A stretch of DNA of 64,000 nucleotides from Lama glama (GCA_028534125.1 CM052818.1:23190001-23254000); one strand, 5' to 3'; shown: positions 12,291 to 24,865, counted from the stretch's first letter. Notes: generated by a model from the sequence alone, not told the origin. Program-made: numbers and translations.

Positions 12291-15200
12291 CCTTGCATTT
12301 GGTTAGATGTCATCAGCACCACCCCTGGTCCCATCCGTCGCTCCCACTTCATATCTCAAATTCTATACTTCTGTTATGCCTCGATGTCTTCCATTCTTCC
12401 CTATCTCCCTTCATCACATTATCAACCCCCATCAACTCGGTTACCCCAGCACCTTTGCCACCGTTGTTGCGAGCCACCTTTTCAATCCAGGCCACCAAAC
12501 TAGGGAATTTCCAGAAGGGTGACACTGGCAGGTTATGACCCAGCCAAGACGGATCACTTGAGTGGCAGAACCAGCATATTGTTGTGCCTTGATTTCTCAA
12601 CTATTTGGGTGGAGAACAAGAACAGGTGAGCGCAGGTGGAAAGAGAGCCATCCAAATGGGCCCCTTGCAGCTACTCCCTTCTCCCACACTTGCCTTCCCC
12701 CTTTGGGCTTGGCTTGGGTTGAAGAGGGGGCCCCAGGGCTAAGTCTGTTGTCTGCTTACTACCAGCTTGGGAATACCCAAGAAAGAAAGTCAATGTCTTG
12801 GTCATTTTGGCTTTTCCATTCCAATTTGAATATATTAAAATGCAACCTTCCAGCTGTGCAAATCCCCAGTCCATTGAAATAAAAGGTTTTTAACTTTAAC
12901 CATTAAAGATTTAACTAGCCAATAAATCTAAGCATGTGGGGGGTTGTTACCAAACGTTTATTACATTGCTTTTGCTTTTAACTTAAGAGCAAATGCCAAG
13001 TGTGGACTTCCATGAAAAAGACATTTCCTTCTGGTCAAAACTGATGTCAGTCCCCGACCAGAAAAGCAAGAGATCACTGTCTCCAGAAGGGTCCACTCAC
13101 TTACCTCTCAGATCCCTTTAGGAGTTAAAATGGCTGTATCAATTTTACAAACCAATTTGCTTGCTGCAGGAAAGGCCTGTATCAGCCTCTTGTTGCCACG
13201 GTCAGAACATGACTGACTAAATTAATCCAAAAGTCTACTTTCAGTTTGAGCATCTTGGCACTGACTTTTCCAGAACCGGATTTTATAAAGGCACAAAGGG
13301 GATATAGCTGTAGGGAAGAAAATCACAAGTGTGCTCTCTCTCTCTGTAAGTATCTTCTGGGCGAGGTGGCTGACGGAGTCTTGGATCATAGTGCTTATTC
13401 TGGCCACTTTTACCTCTAAGGCGAGTGAGAGATCTCCCCAGGAGTGAAATATGGCTTTTAATTTACACAAATGTAGACGTACAGAACTTAACAATCATAT
13501 TCACCCTGGATTTAAAAAAATGAATAGAAGCCAGATAAATCTTGGCCATTAAAAAAAACCCCAAAATCCAAAAAAAAAAAAAAAAAAGATCTAACGTACG
13601 CGTTGAGTTATACCAGCCAACGAGGGGACAGAGTCACATTCCAGATGTGCTATTTTCTTGCCCATTGACAGTTCTGCAACCCACCCCAGCAGTAAAAAAG
13701 TCCTGAAGTGGATTTTTTAATCTGGCTTAGACTCTTTTTTCACCCAAGAAGCCTGCTGTGTGGGTCCTCTGGGTTTCATTTCTTGCAGAACAAACCAGGG
13801 AGCCCTGTTTGTGGGAAATACATAGTAAATCCTGGCCTTTGCTCACCAAAATTCCCTCTAGAGCATTTTTCACATCCAAATAGGAGGTGAATATAGTTGG
13901 TAATCAGTTGTATTTTTTAAAAAGTGATTTTACTTCTAGTGTGAAGAGTTTCAGCTCCGTGAGACTTGTCCTCTGCTCCCTGAATTATAAGCCAGAGTGA
14001 AATGATAATGGTGACTATGTGCTTTTCTCCAGCCAGTTCAAGTCGTGGGGGACACTGACATTTGCCTTTTGATTGGCAATCCATCCACATCTCCCTGGCT
14101 TCGGCCGAGGAAGGGACATTGACTGATTCGAGGAGGTCTCTTTCTGCTCACATGACCTGCGTCTTCCTTTCTCCCCTCCATTCCATTGCAGTTGCCTAGA
14201 AGGAAGAGTGACTTCTGGGCACCAAGGGTGCAGAAGCATTTTCCCAACTTCTCAACAGTTATTGGGATATTTTGCTTTCTGAATGATAAGCCACTTTGAA
14301 AGAAATTTTTTTTGATTCTTTGTACCTGCACAATGGTACATGGCAGCCTTGTTTCGGGGGTGTAATCTTGGTCTGATGGAGGAGAGGCACCTATACGTCT
14401 TCCCAGAAAGAATACAGTTGCTGAGAAGACACTCGTTCATCCATTCATCCATTCTGATATTAGTTCATTCATTCATCCCCAAAGTATCGCTAGATGCCTT
14501 CTGTGAGTCTCTGCCAGGTGTTTGGTTCAGGGCTGTAGGCAGAACAGAACCCATGCAGAAGTAGACAGTCAGCCAGAGCCCTCTGGGAAAAGGAAAGTGA
14601 CCCTTGATTCTGTCTCCAAGGATGACTGAGAGGTATGCTCTGTGGAAAAACAGGAGAGTCTTGCACACGGTAGGGGTTGGATCAGGCTTCGCTGGAACAG
14701 AGTTCCTCGTGGTGCTATTTCAGCCCTTCCCACCATCTATAACACCCAACTCCTGGGTCTCCTCCACATTCAGTTCCTGTTTCTAGAGAAGGCAGACAAT
14801 GTTGACCACGCTTCCCGACTCACTACCTCTCCCTCTGCTCCTCCCAAGCCCACTCACTCGCTATCCCAGCCTAGGTGTCAAAACTGATCCCTCCTGTTAT
14901 TCTGTTGATCCTTTTGCTCCCACCTCCTCCAGAATGCCCTGAACCATGAAGTTCCTGTCTTCTGCATCTATGCAGTCTCTCTTCTCCACCGGGACTTCTG
15001 AGGCTTATCTCCGGGTGCTGATTCTTCCCCTCCCAGGCTCTCAACGGGCTGCAACCCTGGACCCAAGGAAAGGGACAGACTCCATCTGCAGAGGCTGGGA
15101 CCACCCTCCCTCCTGCCAAGACATTGCCCCAAACACATCTCCCTCCTTCTTCTTTTTCCTTCTTCCTTCTGAAAATCGCCATTTAAAAAGGTTGAAATGG

Positions 15201-16123
15201 GCTTCATGAGGTTTAAGGGGTTTATTAGTTTTAAAAACCATGTTCCCTGTTTGGAGGGAGGGGAAACAGCTGCCTTCTTTTCACATGACGTCAATCCACA
15301 GGCGTCTGTAATTTACATTTTTTTAACTCAAATGTTCAGAAATAATGGAAAGGCTGCTTGGAAAAAGCAGATGAAATAAAAACTGGTGGGGGGGATGTGT
15401 ATTATACAAAAACCAGACCTGCGAGCCTGAGGCGAGACACCCCGATGACCTGGGGAGCTGATTAATGAGGCAGAGCAAAGGAAGCCCAGGTGAGTCTAGA
15501 TGCCACGATTTCCACACAGTCACTGGCGCCCACGTGCTGGCATTTCATCTCCCACGCACGACTTCACGGATGGTTTTCATTCAGAAATTTTAGAACCACT
15601 GATGTTTCTGCCCTGGGAGAAAAGAATCCTGAATTGTGGACGTTGGGCAGGTGTGGGGTGAGGGGGTTGGGGGTGCAGAGAATGGGACCCTCATGGGTCC
15701 CAGCCTCTGTTTCTCTTCGTTCTCCAAGGCAATCTTTTTTTTTTTTTTGCATATAGCTTTTTCTAGGTGTTATGTCTCTGAATGCCATTACATGAATGTT
15801 TCTTTGACAAATATTTTAGGTGCATACCATGTGCCAAGGATGGTTTTAAGCCTTGGGGATCCAAGGAGACCAAGACAGTCATGGTCTTTTCTGCCTACTT
15901 CGGTGGGAGCAGTCGGTTGGGCAAAACCATCAATATAGGTGAGGAGGTCTCTGACAGTGGACGTACTCGGTGTTACAGAAGATCCTGTGGGACTGGAGGG
16001 ATAGGAATGAGGGACTAGAAAGCTTCCTGGAGGAAGTGACTTCAGTTACCTGGACGAAGGAGTAGTTCTTAGCCAGGTAAAGAGGCTCTGGAAGGGATTC
16101 CAGGCAGAGGGGATGAGATAGGC

Positions 16124-16617
16124 TGGGACCTGAGATCTGGGGCCCTTTACTGGAGTGCTTGCTCCTGGACAGACATCTCCTCAAGCAACAGAACACAAAG
16201 AAATTCTAAGTGGGGGTGGGTGGGTGAGTTCAATCCCTAGTACCATTATTAAAAATAAAACAAATTATAAGGGACTAAAAATAACTGCATGCGTGTGTAG
16301 TCGTAGCTGGGGCAATTATGAACAATAAGATACAAAAATACCACAAACCAATTGTCATTTCTGAAGTGCAGGGAGAAAAAGTAGGGTACTACACATGATC
16401 CCTGCACACATAGCACCACCGACCCGGTCAGCCACCCCTCCAGCCCAACCCACTGATCTGCCCCTACCTTCACCCTATTTAGGGAACCAGCCCACCCTCC
16501 TGTTACTTGTTTTTCTCCCTCGTGCAGTAGCACGAGTCCCAGTGAAGCCTGAATTCCTCATCCGGCTTCTTATCAATTTCTATGGATTAATGAGTCCAAG
16601 GCCCCAGGTGGGTAACA
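16124..16617 (+). mobile_element. ERV-type solo LTR (cetartiodactyl-like), inserted in an L2 fragment
   Basis: Ends in '...ggtaaca'. The internal 'ataagggactaaaaataactgcatgcg' resembles LTRs recalled from cetartiodactyl genomes. Flanks are L2-like and the 5' boundary is approximate. Confidence 0.6.
16212..16260 (+). mobile_element. Internally deleted camelid-type SINE inside the LTR
   Basis: 'gggggtgggtgggtgagttcaatccctagtaccattattaaaaataaaa' flanked by a 12/14 TSD (16197-16210 / 16258-16271). Confidence 0.7.
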
Positions 16618-16924
16618 GGGATGTGTATGCCTGGGGACGGGGGCAGAGGATACTGGAGTGTAAGTTCTGTTGAGTGGAAGGGCGGCACCTGGCAGGAGAT
16701 GGACCAGGGGGCAGAGGTGGGGGGGTGGGTAGCAGGAGCCCAACCATGCAAGCTCCTTCCAAGGAGCTTCAATTTCTTTCTGTGAGCAATGGAAATTCTT
16801 AAAAGGGTTTAAGCAGGAGAGGTTATGTCTCTGAATCACTTTAGTCCCACTCTCTTTTTTTCAGATGATGAAGTTGAGGCCCAGAGAGGGAAATACCATT
16901 ATTCTTCTTATACCATTGTTACCA

Positions 16925-17140
16925 GCTGATATTTACTGAGAGCTTATAGACAACAGCCCTGTGCTAGATAACTTACCTGCCTCTGCTTCTTCATCCTCAA
17001 CAACGCTCTGGGGGAGGTACTAGTAAAATCCCCATTTTACAGATGAGGAAGCTGAGACCTTGACAGATGAAGTGACTTGCCTAAGGTCGCTGGGCTAGCA
17101 AGGGACACAGCCAGTGTTTGAGTAAGTTTCTGTCTGGCTT
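16925..17140 (-). mobile_element. MIR SINE
   Basis: 'atccccattttacagatgaggaagctgagacc...gaagtgacttgcctaaggtc'. Confidence 0.85.
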
Positions 17141-17264
17141 CACAATCTTAACAGGACCCTCTACTCTTGCAAGGTCCCGTGATTAACAGCAGGACTGGAA
17201 TTTAAACCCAGGCCTCCTGATATCAGTCTGAACTAGGTACTTGTGGCACATACCAGGCACCTCC

Positions 17265-17410
17265 TTTCTTTTTTTTTCTTTTTTTCGGTAGCGGGGAGAA
17301 TTAGGTTTTTAGTTATTTATTTTAATGCAGGTGCTGGGGCACTGAACCCAGGGCCTTGTCCACGCTGAGCATGCGCTCCACCACTGAGCTGTGCGTATGC
17401 GCCCCACTCC
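17265..17410 (-). mobile_element. tRNA-derived camelid-type SINE (long form)
   Basis: Poly-T, tail 'ggggagaattaggttt' and antisense head 'gaacccagggccttgtccacgctgagcatgcgctccaccactgagct'. Confidence 0.85.
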
Positions 17411-17929
17411 GGCCCACCACCTTCCTTAGGAGGTGGCCAGTGCACCTCGTGTCATCTTCTCTGCTTCTGTTTGCTTTTTCTGCTGACTCTGTGTACTCCT
17501 TTGCCACAGCGACTCCTCTGAATATGCCACTTTGGGATCTTATTCTTTATCCTCTCACAAGTATTTCAGGAAGATTATATCATGGGGACAGTCAGTATTA
17601 CTGTTCCAAGGAGGACAAGAACTGAACTCAAGGCAGCTGGTGTGGGGAGGAATTCTGTGCCTTGGATTAAGCAGGTTTGTGGCCTTCCCAGTCTCCTGGT
17701 CTAAGGACACTGGCTGCAGTGGCAGGGCCAGCCCCTTTCAGCCCCAGTTGGTGAGCTGGCCTGTCCTTCGTGAGGTCAGCAGTCCCCATGACGAGGGGCC
17801 ACTGCTGGGCCAGCTGTCCCCTGGGACTGTCACCTTCAGCTTCTCTGGGGCTCGTGGCTGCTGGGCCTGGCGAAGCCCTAGCCACTTGTCATTGCTTCCC
17901 GCTAATGACCTCCTGGCCTGGCCGCATCT

Positions 17930-18370
17930 TAGCTAAATTTCTGCAATTAGGGAAGCTTGTTTTCAGAGGCTGAAACAGGAACTTCTCTGAATTAGCTTTT
18001 ATGGTTCAGAGCCTTTAATTTGAGATTTAAAAAACATCGTAGCTCGCCAAAACCAAATAAACTGCAGCTAATGAAATTCACAGAGGCTCTCGGAGAATGC
18101 TTCTCACTGGTGCTCCTGCATGATTTATTGACAGCCGGTTGTAAAAACAATCTTATTAAAGGTCATAATGTTGGGTTAAAAAAAAAAGCCCTTTAATTTA
18201 TAGCATAATTAGGCTTCCTCCAATAGCTCTGCTGCCAGGGCTGTCACTTAGGGCTCTGAGGAAGCACTTGGTGTTTTTCATTATATCACAGAGAAGGAGA
18301 TGCATGTTCCTAAAGGGCCCACTGACTTTCTCTTTATGGCCCTTTTATTGCCGCTAAAATAGTCAAAACA
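17930..18370. promoter_or_regulatory. Candidate conserved enhancer with composite PBX-HOX + MEIS site
   Basis: TGATTTAT (18121-18128) abuts TGACAG (18129-18134). AAAGGTCA at 18158 and many TAAT/ATTA cores. Repeat-free. Confidence 0.55.
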
Positions 18371-19833
18371 GGGGGTTGATTAGAGCCCACTGATGCCTAC
18401 TGATTATGGGAACACCTCTTGTGGTGGGAGGAAGAAAAGGTGGGAGGGGGCTCAGGACTTCAGGCCACGCCTCGGACAGAAGGGGATGGGCTGTGAAATG
18501 TGCCCGGGAAGTGTGACCCGGCTTCCTGGCTCTTCCCCAGACACTTGTGGATTGAAGGCTGACCCCAGGCATGTGGGGCTGGGGTGATAAAAGGCATGGG
18601 GAGGGTGCTAATGCCTTGAGGAAGAGGACAATCCCAGGACAGGATGTGTACGGAATAAGAACCTTAAAATGCTAATGGGTCCCTAGGTGGAGAGCAGCCC
18701 CCAAAAGTCCAGTAGAAGGTCTTGCCTGCTGCTGGCCCTGCAGAAGAACAAGAGGGAACTCAGCATTTGTGTATTGTGGTGGGGGGGAGTGGGGGAAGAG
18801 GGCAGGTCCTGGTCTCCCACTTACAGGAGCCGCAGGCATTGTTTTCTGTGGTCAGCTCTCCAGGGCTCTGCTTGTGCAGTCAAGAGGTGGGGGAGGCACC
18901 TGGGAGGAGTAGGGGAGTCACAGGACGCCTGTGAAGCATCAGGGATGTGTGATGAGGCCAGAACCAGAACAGAGATGCCCCCATCCCCACCCCAATGCCT
19001 CTCTCCCTCCCCAAATCTGAGGATCTGCAGCTCTGACCTGACCCCATGCCAGCCTTCTCTCAGCTCCGAGCCCTGATCCCCTACTGTCAGGCCAAGGGGA
19101 ACACGTTTCCCGGAGCTGCCTTAGCTCTGCAGGCTGGGTACGTGTGGAGGGCAGACCATCCTTCCACCAGTGTGTGGTGTGGCCATTGCAATGGTGGGGA
19201 AAGGGGTTGGAGACTCTGCAGTCATGCTAATGTTTGGTCTGGGCCCTGGGTGTGGCCTGGGGCTGGCCTCACCCAGAGAGATTGAGTGGCCTTGTGGGGC
19301 TTTGGCAGCCCTAGGGATGGGTCTGCTGCTTCTGAGTCTCCTTTGCTGACTGCTCTACCAAATGTTGGCATGAACTCTCCAGGATTCATTCAAGGGCTGC
19401 TTTGTCTCGGCCTGTCTCATTGTGTCCTGTCTCATCCCATCCCATCAAGTCCCGTCAAGTCTCTTCTGGGCTTTCTCTTCTCTTCTGAGGTTTATCAACC
19501 ACTCAGTTTTCTCTACCATCCTGCAGAAAACTACTGAGGACATCTCAGGCTCCCAGCATCTGCTCCCCCTTTGGACCACTCAGGAACCCAGTTTCTGGCT
19601 CCTGGAGGCTGAGGGTTGGTCAGACCTAGGCCTGTGACTATCCCACTTTGGAGTTGCAGCTATTCTGCCACGCCCCTCCTCTTCCCCTTGCTTTCCCTCC
19701 TCTGTCCTTCTTCTTTGGAATTAAGCATGCAGAAGGTTCATTTGGGAGTAATATTGTGAAAGGAGAAGGGGGACAGTAGGGTAGAGCAGGGGGAACCTTG
19801 AGATCAAGAGGCAGAGCTGACAATGTCTCTTCT

Positions 19834-21439
19834 TTTTTTGTACATTTTTTTCTTTCTTTTTATTCTTAATTGAAGTGTAATCAGTTTACAATGTTGTGGC
19901 AGTTTCTGGTGTACAGCATAATAGTTCAGTCATACCTATACATGCATATATTCATTTTCATATTCTTTTTCATTATAGGTATTCAATTCAGGATACTGAA
20001 TATAATTCCCTGTGCTATACAGTATAAACTTGTTCTTTATCTATTTTATATATAGTAGTTAGTTTCTGCAAATCTTGAGCTCCCAATTTATCCATCCCTT
20101 CCCACCCCCTTCTCCTCTTGGTAATCATAAGTTTGTTTTCTATGTCTGTGAGTCTATTTCTGTTTTGCAAATAAGTTCATTCGTCTTTTTTTTTTTTACA
20201 TTCCACATATAAGTGATATCATAATGGTATTTTTCTTTCTCTTTCTGGCTTATTTCACTTGGAATGACAATTCCTAGGTCCATCCATGTTGCAGCAAATG
20301 GCATTATTTTATTCTTTTTATGGCTGAGTAGTATTCCATTGTATAAATATACCTCAACTTCATTCAGTCATCTATTGATTACATTTAGGTTGTTTCCATG
20401 TCTTGGCTATTGTAAATAGTGCTGTCATGAACATTGGGGTGCCTGTATCTTTTTGCATTAGAGTTCCCTCTGGGTATATGCCCAGGGGTGTATATTGCTG
20501 GATCACATGGTAAATCTATTTTCAGTCCTTTGAGAATCTCCATACTGTTTTCCACAGTGGCTGCACCAAACTGCATTCCCACCAGCAGTGTAGGAGGGTT
20601 CCCTTTTCTCCACACCCTCTCCAGCATTTATCATTTGTGGTCTTTTTAATGATGGCCATTCTGACTGGTGTGAGATGATACCTCATTGTAGTTTTGATTT
20701 TCATTTCTCTGATAATTAGTGCAATTGAGCATTTTTTCATGTGCCTATGGGCCATTTGTATGTCTTCATTGGAAAATTGCTTATTTAGGTCTTCTGCCTA
20801 TTTTTAGATTGGGTTGTTTGTTTTTTTCTTATTAAGTTGTATGGGCTGTTTATATATTCTGGGAATTAAGCCCTTGTCAGTCTTATCTTTTGCAAATATT
20901 TTCTCCCGTTCTGTAGGTTGTCTTTTTGTTTTGCTTATGGTTTCCTTTGCTATGCAAAAGCTTCTAAGTTTCACAACATTGTAAAATGACTATAACTCAA
21001 TAAAAAATGTTAAAAAAATCCTCTAGGTTTAATTAGGTCCCATTTATTTATTTTTGCTTTTATTTCTATTGCCTGGGTAGACTGCCCTGGGAGAACATTG
21101 CTAAGATTTATGTCAGATGTTTTGCCTATGTTTTCTTTTAAGAGGTTTATAGTGTCTTGTCTTATGTTTAAATCTTTGAGCCATTTTGAGTTTGTTTCTG
21201 TGTATGGTGTGAGGGAATATTCTAACTTCATTAATTTACATGCAGCTGGCCAGTTCTCCCAACACCGTTTGCTGAAGAGACTGTCTTTACTCCATTGTAT
21301 ATTCTTGATTCTTTTGTCAAAGACTAATTGACCAAAAGTCTGTGGGTTTATTTCTGGGCTCTCTATTCTGTTCCATTGATCCACATGTCTGTTACTGTAC
21401 CAATACTATGCTGTTTTGATCACTGTAGCTCTATAGTAT
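19834..21439 (-). mobile_element. 5'-truncated L1 LINE (ORF2 C-terminus + 3' UTR), relatively young
   Basis: ORF track gives L1 ORF2p peptides (DQWNRIESPEINP...; [31 protein letters not shown]...LLHCWWEC) broken by frameshifts. Poly-T at the left end. TSD tgacaatgtctcttct (19818-19833) / tgacagtgcctcttct (21440-21455), 14/16 identical. Confidence 0.95.
20972..21014 (+). mobile_element. About 45-bp L1 3'-terminal insertion nested antisense in the L1
   Basis: 'cacaacattgtaaaatgactataactcaataaaaaatgttaaa' is an L1 3' terminus with AATAAA and an A tail. TSD aaaagcttctaagttt (20956-20971) / aaaatcctctaggttt (21015-21030). Confidence 0.8.
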
Positions 21440-21929
21440 TGACAGTGCCTCTTCTGCCTCTTCTCATAAGGTCACAGGTTTCATGTGCACGTGTGAACTA
21501 GCAGGGAAGGCTTGCTGGGTGCTGTCTGTCCGTGTCTACCCTGGGAGGGGAAGAGTTGAGACCTGAACTGGGAGAACTTTGCCTTACATCCTGGCATATT
21601 TCCAAGGGCTTCCCTTAGTTTTTTTCTCCCAATTCCAACTTCAATTTGAAGGAGAAAGAGAGGTCTGGAAGAGGATGACTTGTCCCTTGGACCAAAGTCC
21701 TTAATCCTAGCTTCCGAGTTCATACAGTGAACATTATTGAGGACCTACTATGCGCCAGACACTGCACAGGAAGATGAGTTTACAGAAATGAACTTAGGGA
21801 GTTTCCAGGCTGAGGCAGAGAGGAGTGAGAGACATTATATAATTAATGACATTATATATGGTAAATGCCACAGCTGACTTCACATCAGGAGTGAGGGGAG
21901 TACAAAAGAAGATGCAAGTGACTTTCTAG

Positions 21930-22160
21930 TATATATGTTTATCAGTGACTGTGTGTGTGTCAGAGTGTGTGTGAGTATATGTATATAAGGGTGTAGTCTG
22001 TGAGTGTGTAAGAGTATGTTGGCGTGACATGAGCATATGAGTGTGTGAGTGGGTGTATCCATGTGATTGTGAGTGGATGTATGTGTGAGTGTTCAAATGT
22101 GTGTATGATGCTGTGATGTGGAATTATATGAGTATGTGTGCATTAGTGTGTGTCAATGTT
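21930..22160. repeat. Degenerate (TG)n-rich low-complexity tract
   Basis: Visible imperfect TG/TA/GA dinucleotide run. Confidence 0.8.
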
Positions 22161-22663
22161 ATGCTGTGGGACTGGCCCCGGGGACCACTCGTAGCTTTTG
22201 TGAAAGGCGGATATCTTCGGGGAAAGGATGGTATATGAGTGTGCTGAGCACACTGGAGATGACCAAGACATATTTTCTGATTGGACAGCTGCCTTCCCTA
22301 GCAGGGCAGGAAATAGAATCTGGTCTGTCAGCATCAGCTGTGGCCTTGATTTCTTTTCAGGAGATTTTGTCCTCTTGGACAAAGAAAGGGAGCAGGAGGT
22401 TTTTGTTTGTTTGTTTTTCTCTTTTAGATATCAATAACTGAACCTGGAGGGAAAAGGATAAATTCTTGAAATAATTAAATACTTGTAATATCCTGCCCCT
22501 TTAAGTGACCATAACTCAAGTCAAGAGTTTGTGGTTAATTTAAATTTGCTTCTAAAAATTTTTTATACTTTTTAAATTTTCAGTTTTTTTTTTAATCAGA
22601 AAAGAGGGTTATTAGAAAAGGGATCGGGCTTGTCTATGTGAGCTTGTGCTGAGAAAGCTGCTT

Positions 22664-22770
22664 GGGGGGAGGGTATAACTCAGTGATGGAGCACGTGCTT
22701 AGCACGAATGAGGTCCTGGGTTCAATCCCCAGTACCTCCATTAAAAACGATAAAATAAAATAAGGAAAAA
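22664..22770 (+). mobile_element. tRNA-derived camelid-type SINE (short form)
   Basis: 'ggggggagggtataactcagtgatggagcacgtgcttagcacgaatgaggtcctgggttcaatccccagtacctccattaaaa' with an A-rich tail. Degenerate TSD agctgctt/agctgatt. Confidence 0.9.
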
Positions 22771-24484
22771 GGAGCTGATTAGGGTGCTGGCACCTGGACC
22801 CCAAGATTACTTCAGATCGCTGCCCGCTGTTTGCCGGCCCTGCCCTGCAGTTCCTTGTTGGCCTTCGCTGCTCCTGCCATCCCACCCATGGGCTTTGTGT
22901 CTCAGCCTTGGTTATTCATCTTGCTTCCCCTTGACTGACAGCCTGTTTTGGGGTCACATTTCCAAAATGACCTCCACCTTTTCCGACAGAGCACAACTCT
23001 GGGACTTACCTGGAGCCTCATGATCTGAAACCCCACTTTCCCTGCCTCACATCTAGATTTACACCCTGTGAGTCACAGGCTGGGGACCCCTAACCAGCCC
23101 TCCAGGGTGGGGAGGAGGCTGGAAGTAAGTTGAAATGAAACATGCTGGTGTCTCTTTAAAAAGCTAGCTTCTCTTTAAAAATCTAGCATCTCCCTTTGGA
23201 TTCTTCTGTCTTCTCTCTTCTTGGAAGCTGGCAGTTGTTCATCATTTATAAATTGAAGAGAATCCCATTTCCTAATGAGTCCTGGCTGACCAGGCGTCCG
23301 GGTATGAACTCTCATCCCAGTCTGCTGTTCGCAGAGGAAATAACAGCAGTGCCTCTATTTCTCAGCCACGGACTTCCGAGGTCTGGTTCTTTCCAAGTAG
23401 ATTTCTGTGTATTAAATCCTTTAATAACAGCAATAGTCTATCAGATTTTTAAACCCAAAGAACAATTGTCTAGGGCATGTTTCAAGGTAAAAATTGCAGA
23501 CGGCTGTCGGCCAGGGCCGCCAGATTGCAGGGCCGTGGTGGTTGTCTCCCCCAAAGATCACTCCTTTCCATCTTTTCTTTTTGGCCTGAGTTCAGGTTGA
23601 AATTGGAGTTAAAGTTAGGGCTGAAGGCAGGATAGGACTGACTGGAGTTGCAATTGGTGTGGAGTTACTTTAGTTATTTTATTTAGTGTTAATGTTGGGT
23701 GGGATGAGGTCTGCGCTGGGATTCCGATGGTTGTGCTGTTCGCAAGGAGGGTGAGGCTCAGGTGGGGTTTGGGACAGGTTGGTTTGCTCTTGGTGTCGGG
23801 ACTAGGGCTGGGTCAGGTGCTTTGCTGAACTCTTGGACGCTCATTGATGGGTTGTTCTGAGGGTTGTGCCACGCTTGAATTTTCATGCTCACTGGACCCA
23901 GACCCATGGTCCTGCTGGGCAATTTGGGGTTGAATAAGATAAGGATGTGTTGTTTTCCCTCCGGGAGTGTTTGGGGGTTGAGGTGCCATGCAGGAACTCC
24001 ACGGTGGCCTCCTGGGAAGCCTGGGGGGAGTTCATCTCTTCTGGCACCTGTGGAGGCAGGAGGCCAGGCAAGGACAGTGTGCCCTGATGTCTGTCTGCCC
24101 TCCTGCACTGCCAGGCAGTTGGGACATGGCTGTGGAACTCAGTCTCAGGCACTGAGGCACAAAGTCAGCCAGCTGGGGTCTGGGGACACCTCTGGCCAGA
24201 AACAAACCCCACCTGGTGTCCAGCTGACCAGTCTTCTCCCATTTCAATCACTGTGAAGAAATACCTGATTCCACTTCAGCAATAAACCGATTCTATTCCT
24301 TTGCTCCCAGAAGGAGAGAGGCAGGGAGCATTCTAGTGCCTTTCTGGGCTGTTTCTGTGAAAGGATATTGGGCACACCCAGGTAAAGAACCCACACGTCC
24401 CTAAGCCCACGGCCCGGGCAGACATCGCCATGGGTCTGGATGCTGGCTGTTTCTTTTTCGCTCTTGCCAAGGCCACCATATCAC

Positions 24485-24865
24485 AAAGGATACAGTCATG
24501 AGCAAAACATGTTCAGTCCTGCCTTCAGGGGCTCACAGTCTAGTGGAAGAGGTGGCACTAAACAATAGTACAAATAAATATCTACTTAAAAAATTTCAAA
24601 TTGTCATCAGTGCTATTAAAGTGAAGTGTTTGAGTAAAGTAAAGACAGGTTTCTCTAAGGAAGTAATATTTGAGCCGAGAATTAAAGGATTTAGTTGGGA
24701 TACAGGGATGGGGGAGGAGATGGGAGAGCATTCCAGGCTGGGGCAAGAGCTAGTGTGAAGGTCCTGCAGACCAGAAATTGCTCGCCTCTTTAGAGCCCAT
24801 GTGGCTGGAGCAGAGTGAGGAGGGGAAGTGCCTGGAGATGAGTGTGGACCCTGTGGGGCCATGTG
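24485..24865 (-). mobile_element. L2 LINE fragment
   Basis: 'cagtcctgccttcaggggctcacagtctagtgg...ttctctaaggaagtaatatttgagccgaga'. Confidence 0.7.

Noticed and set aside
20385..21384. ORFs with clear protein similarity ([21 protein letters not shown])
   Set aside because: Frameshifted fragments of L1 ORF2p in a 5'-truncated element, not a host gene.
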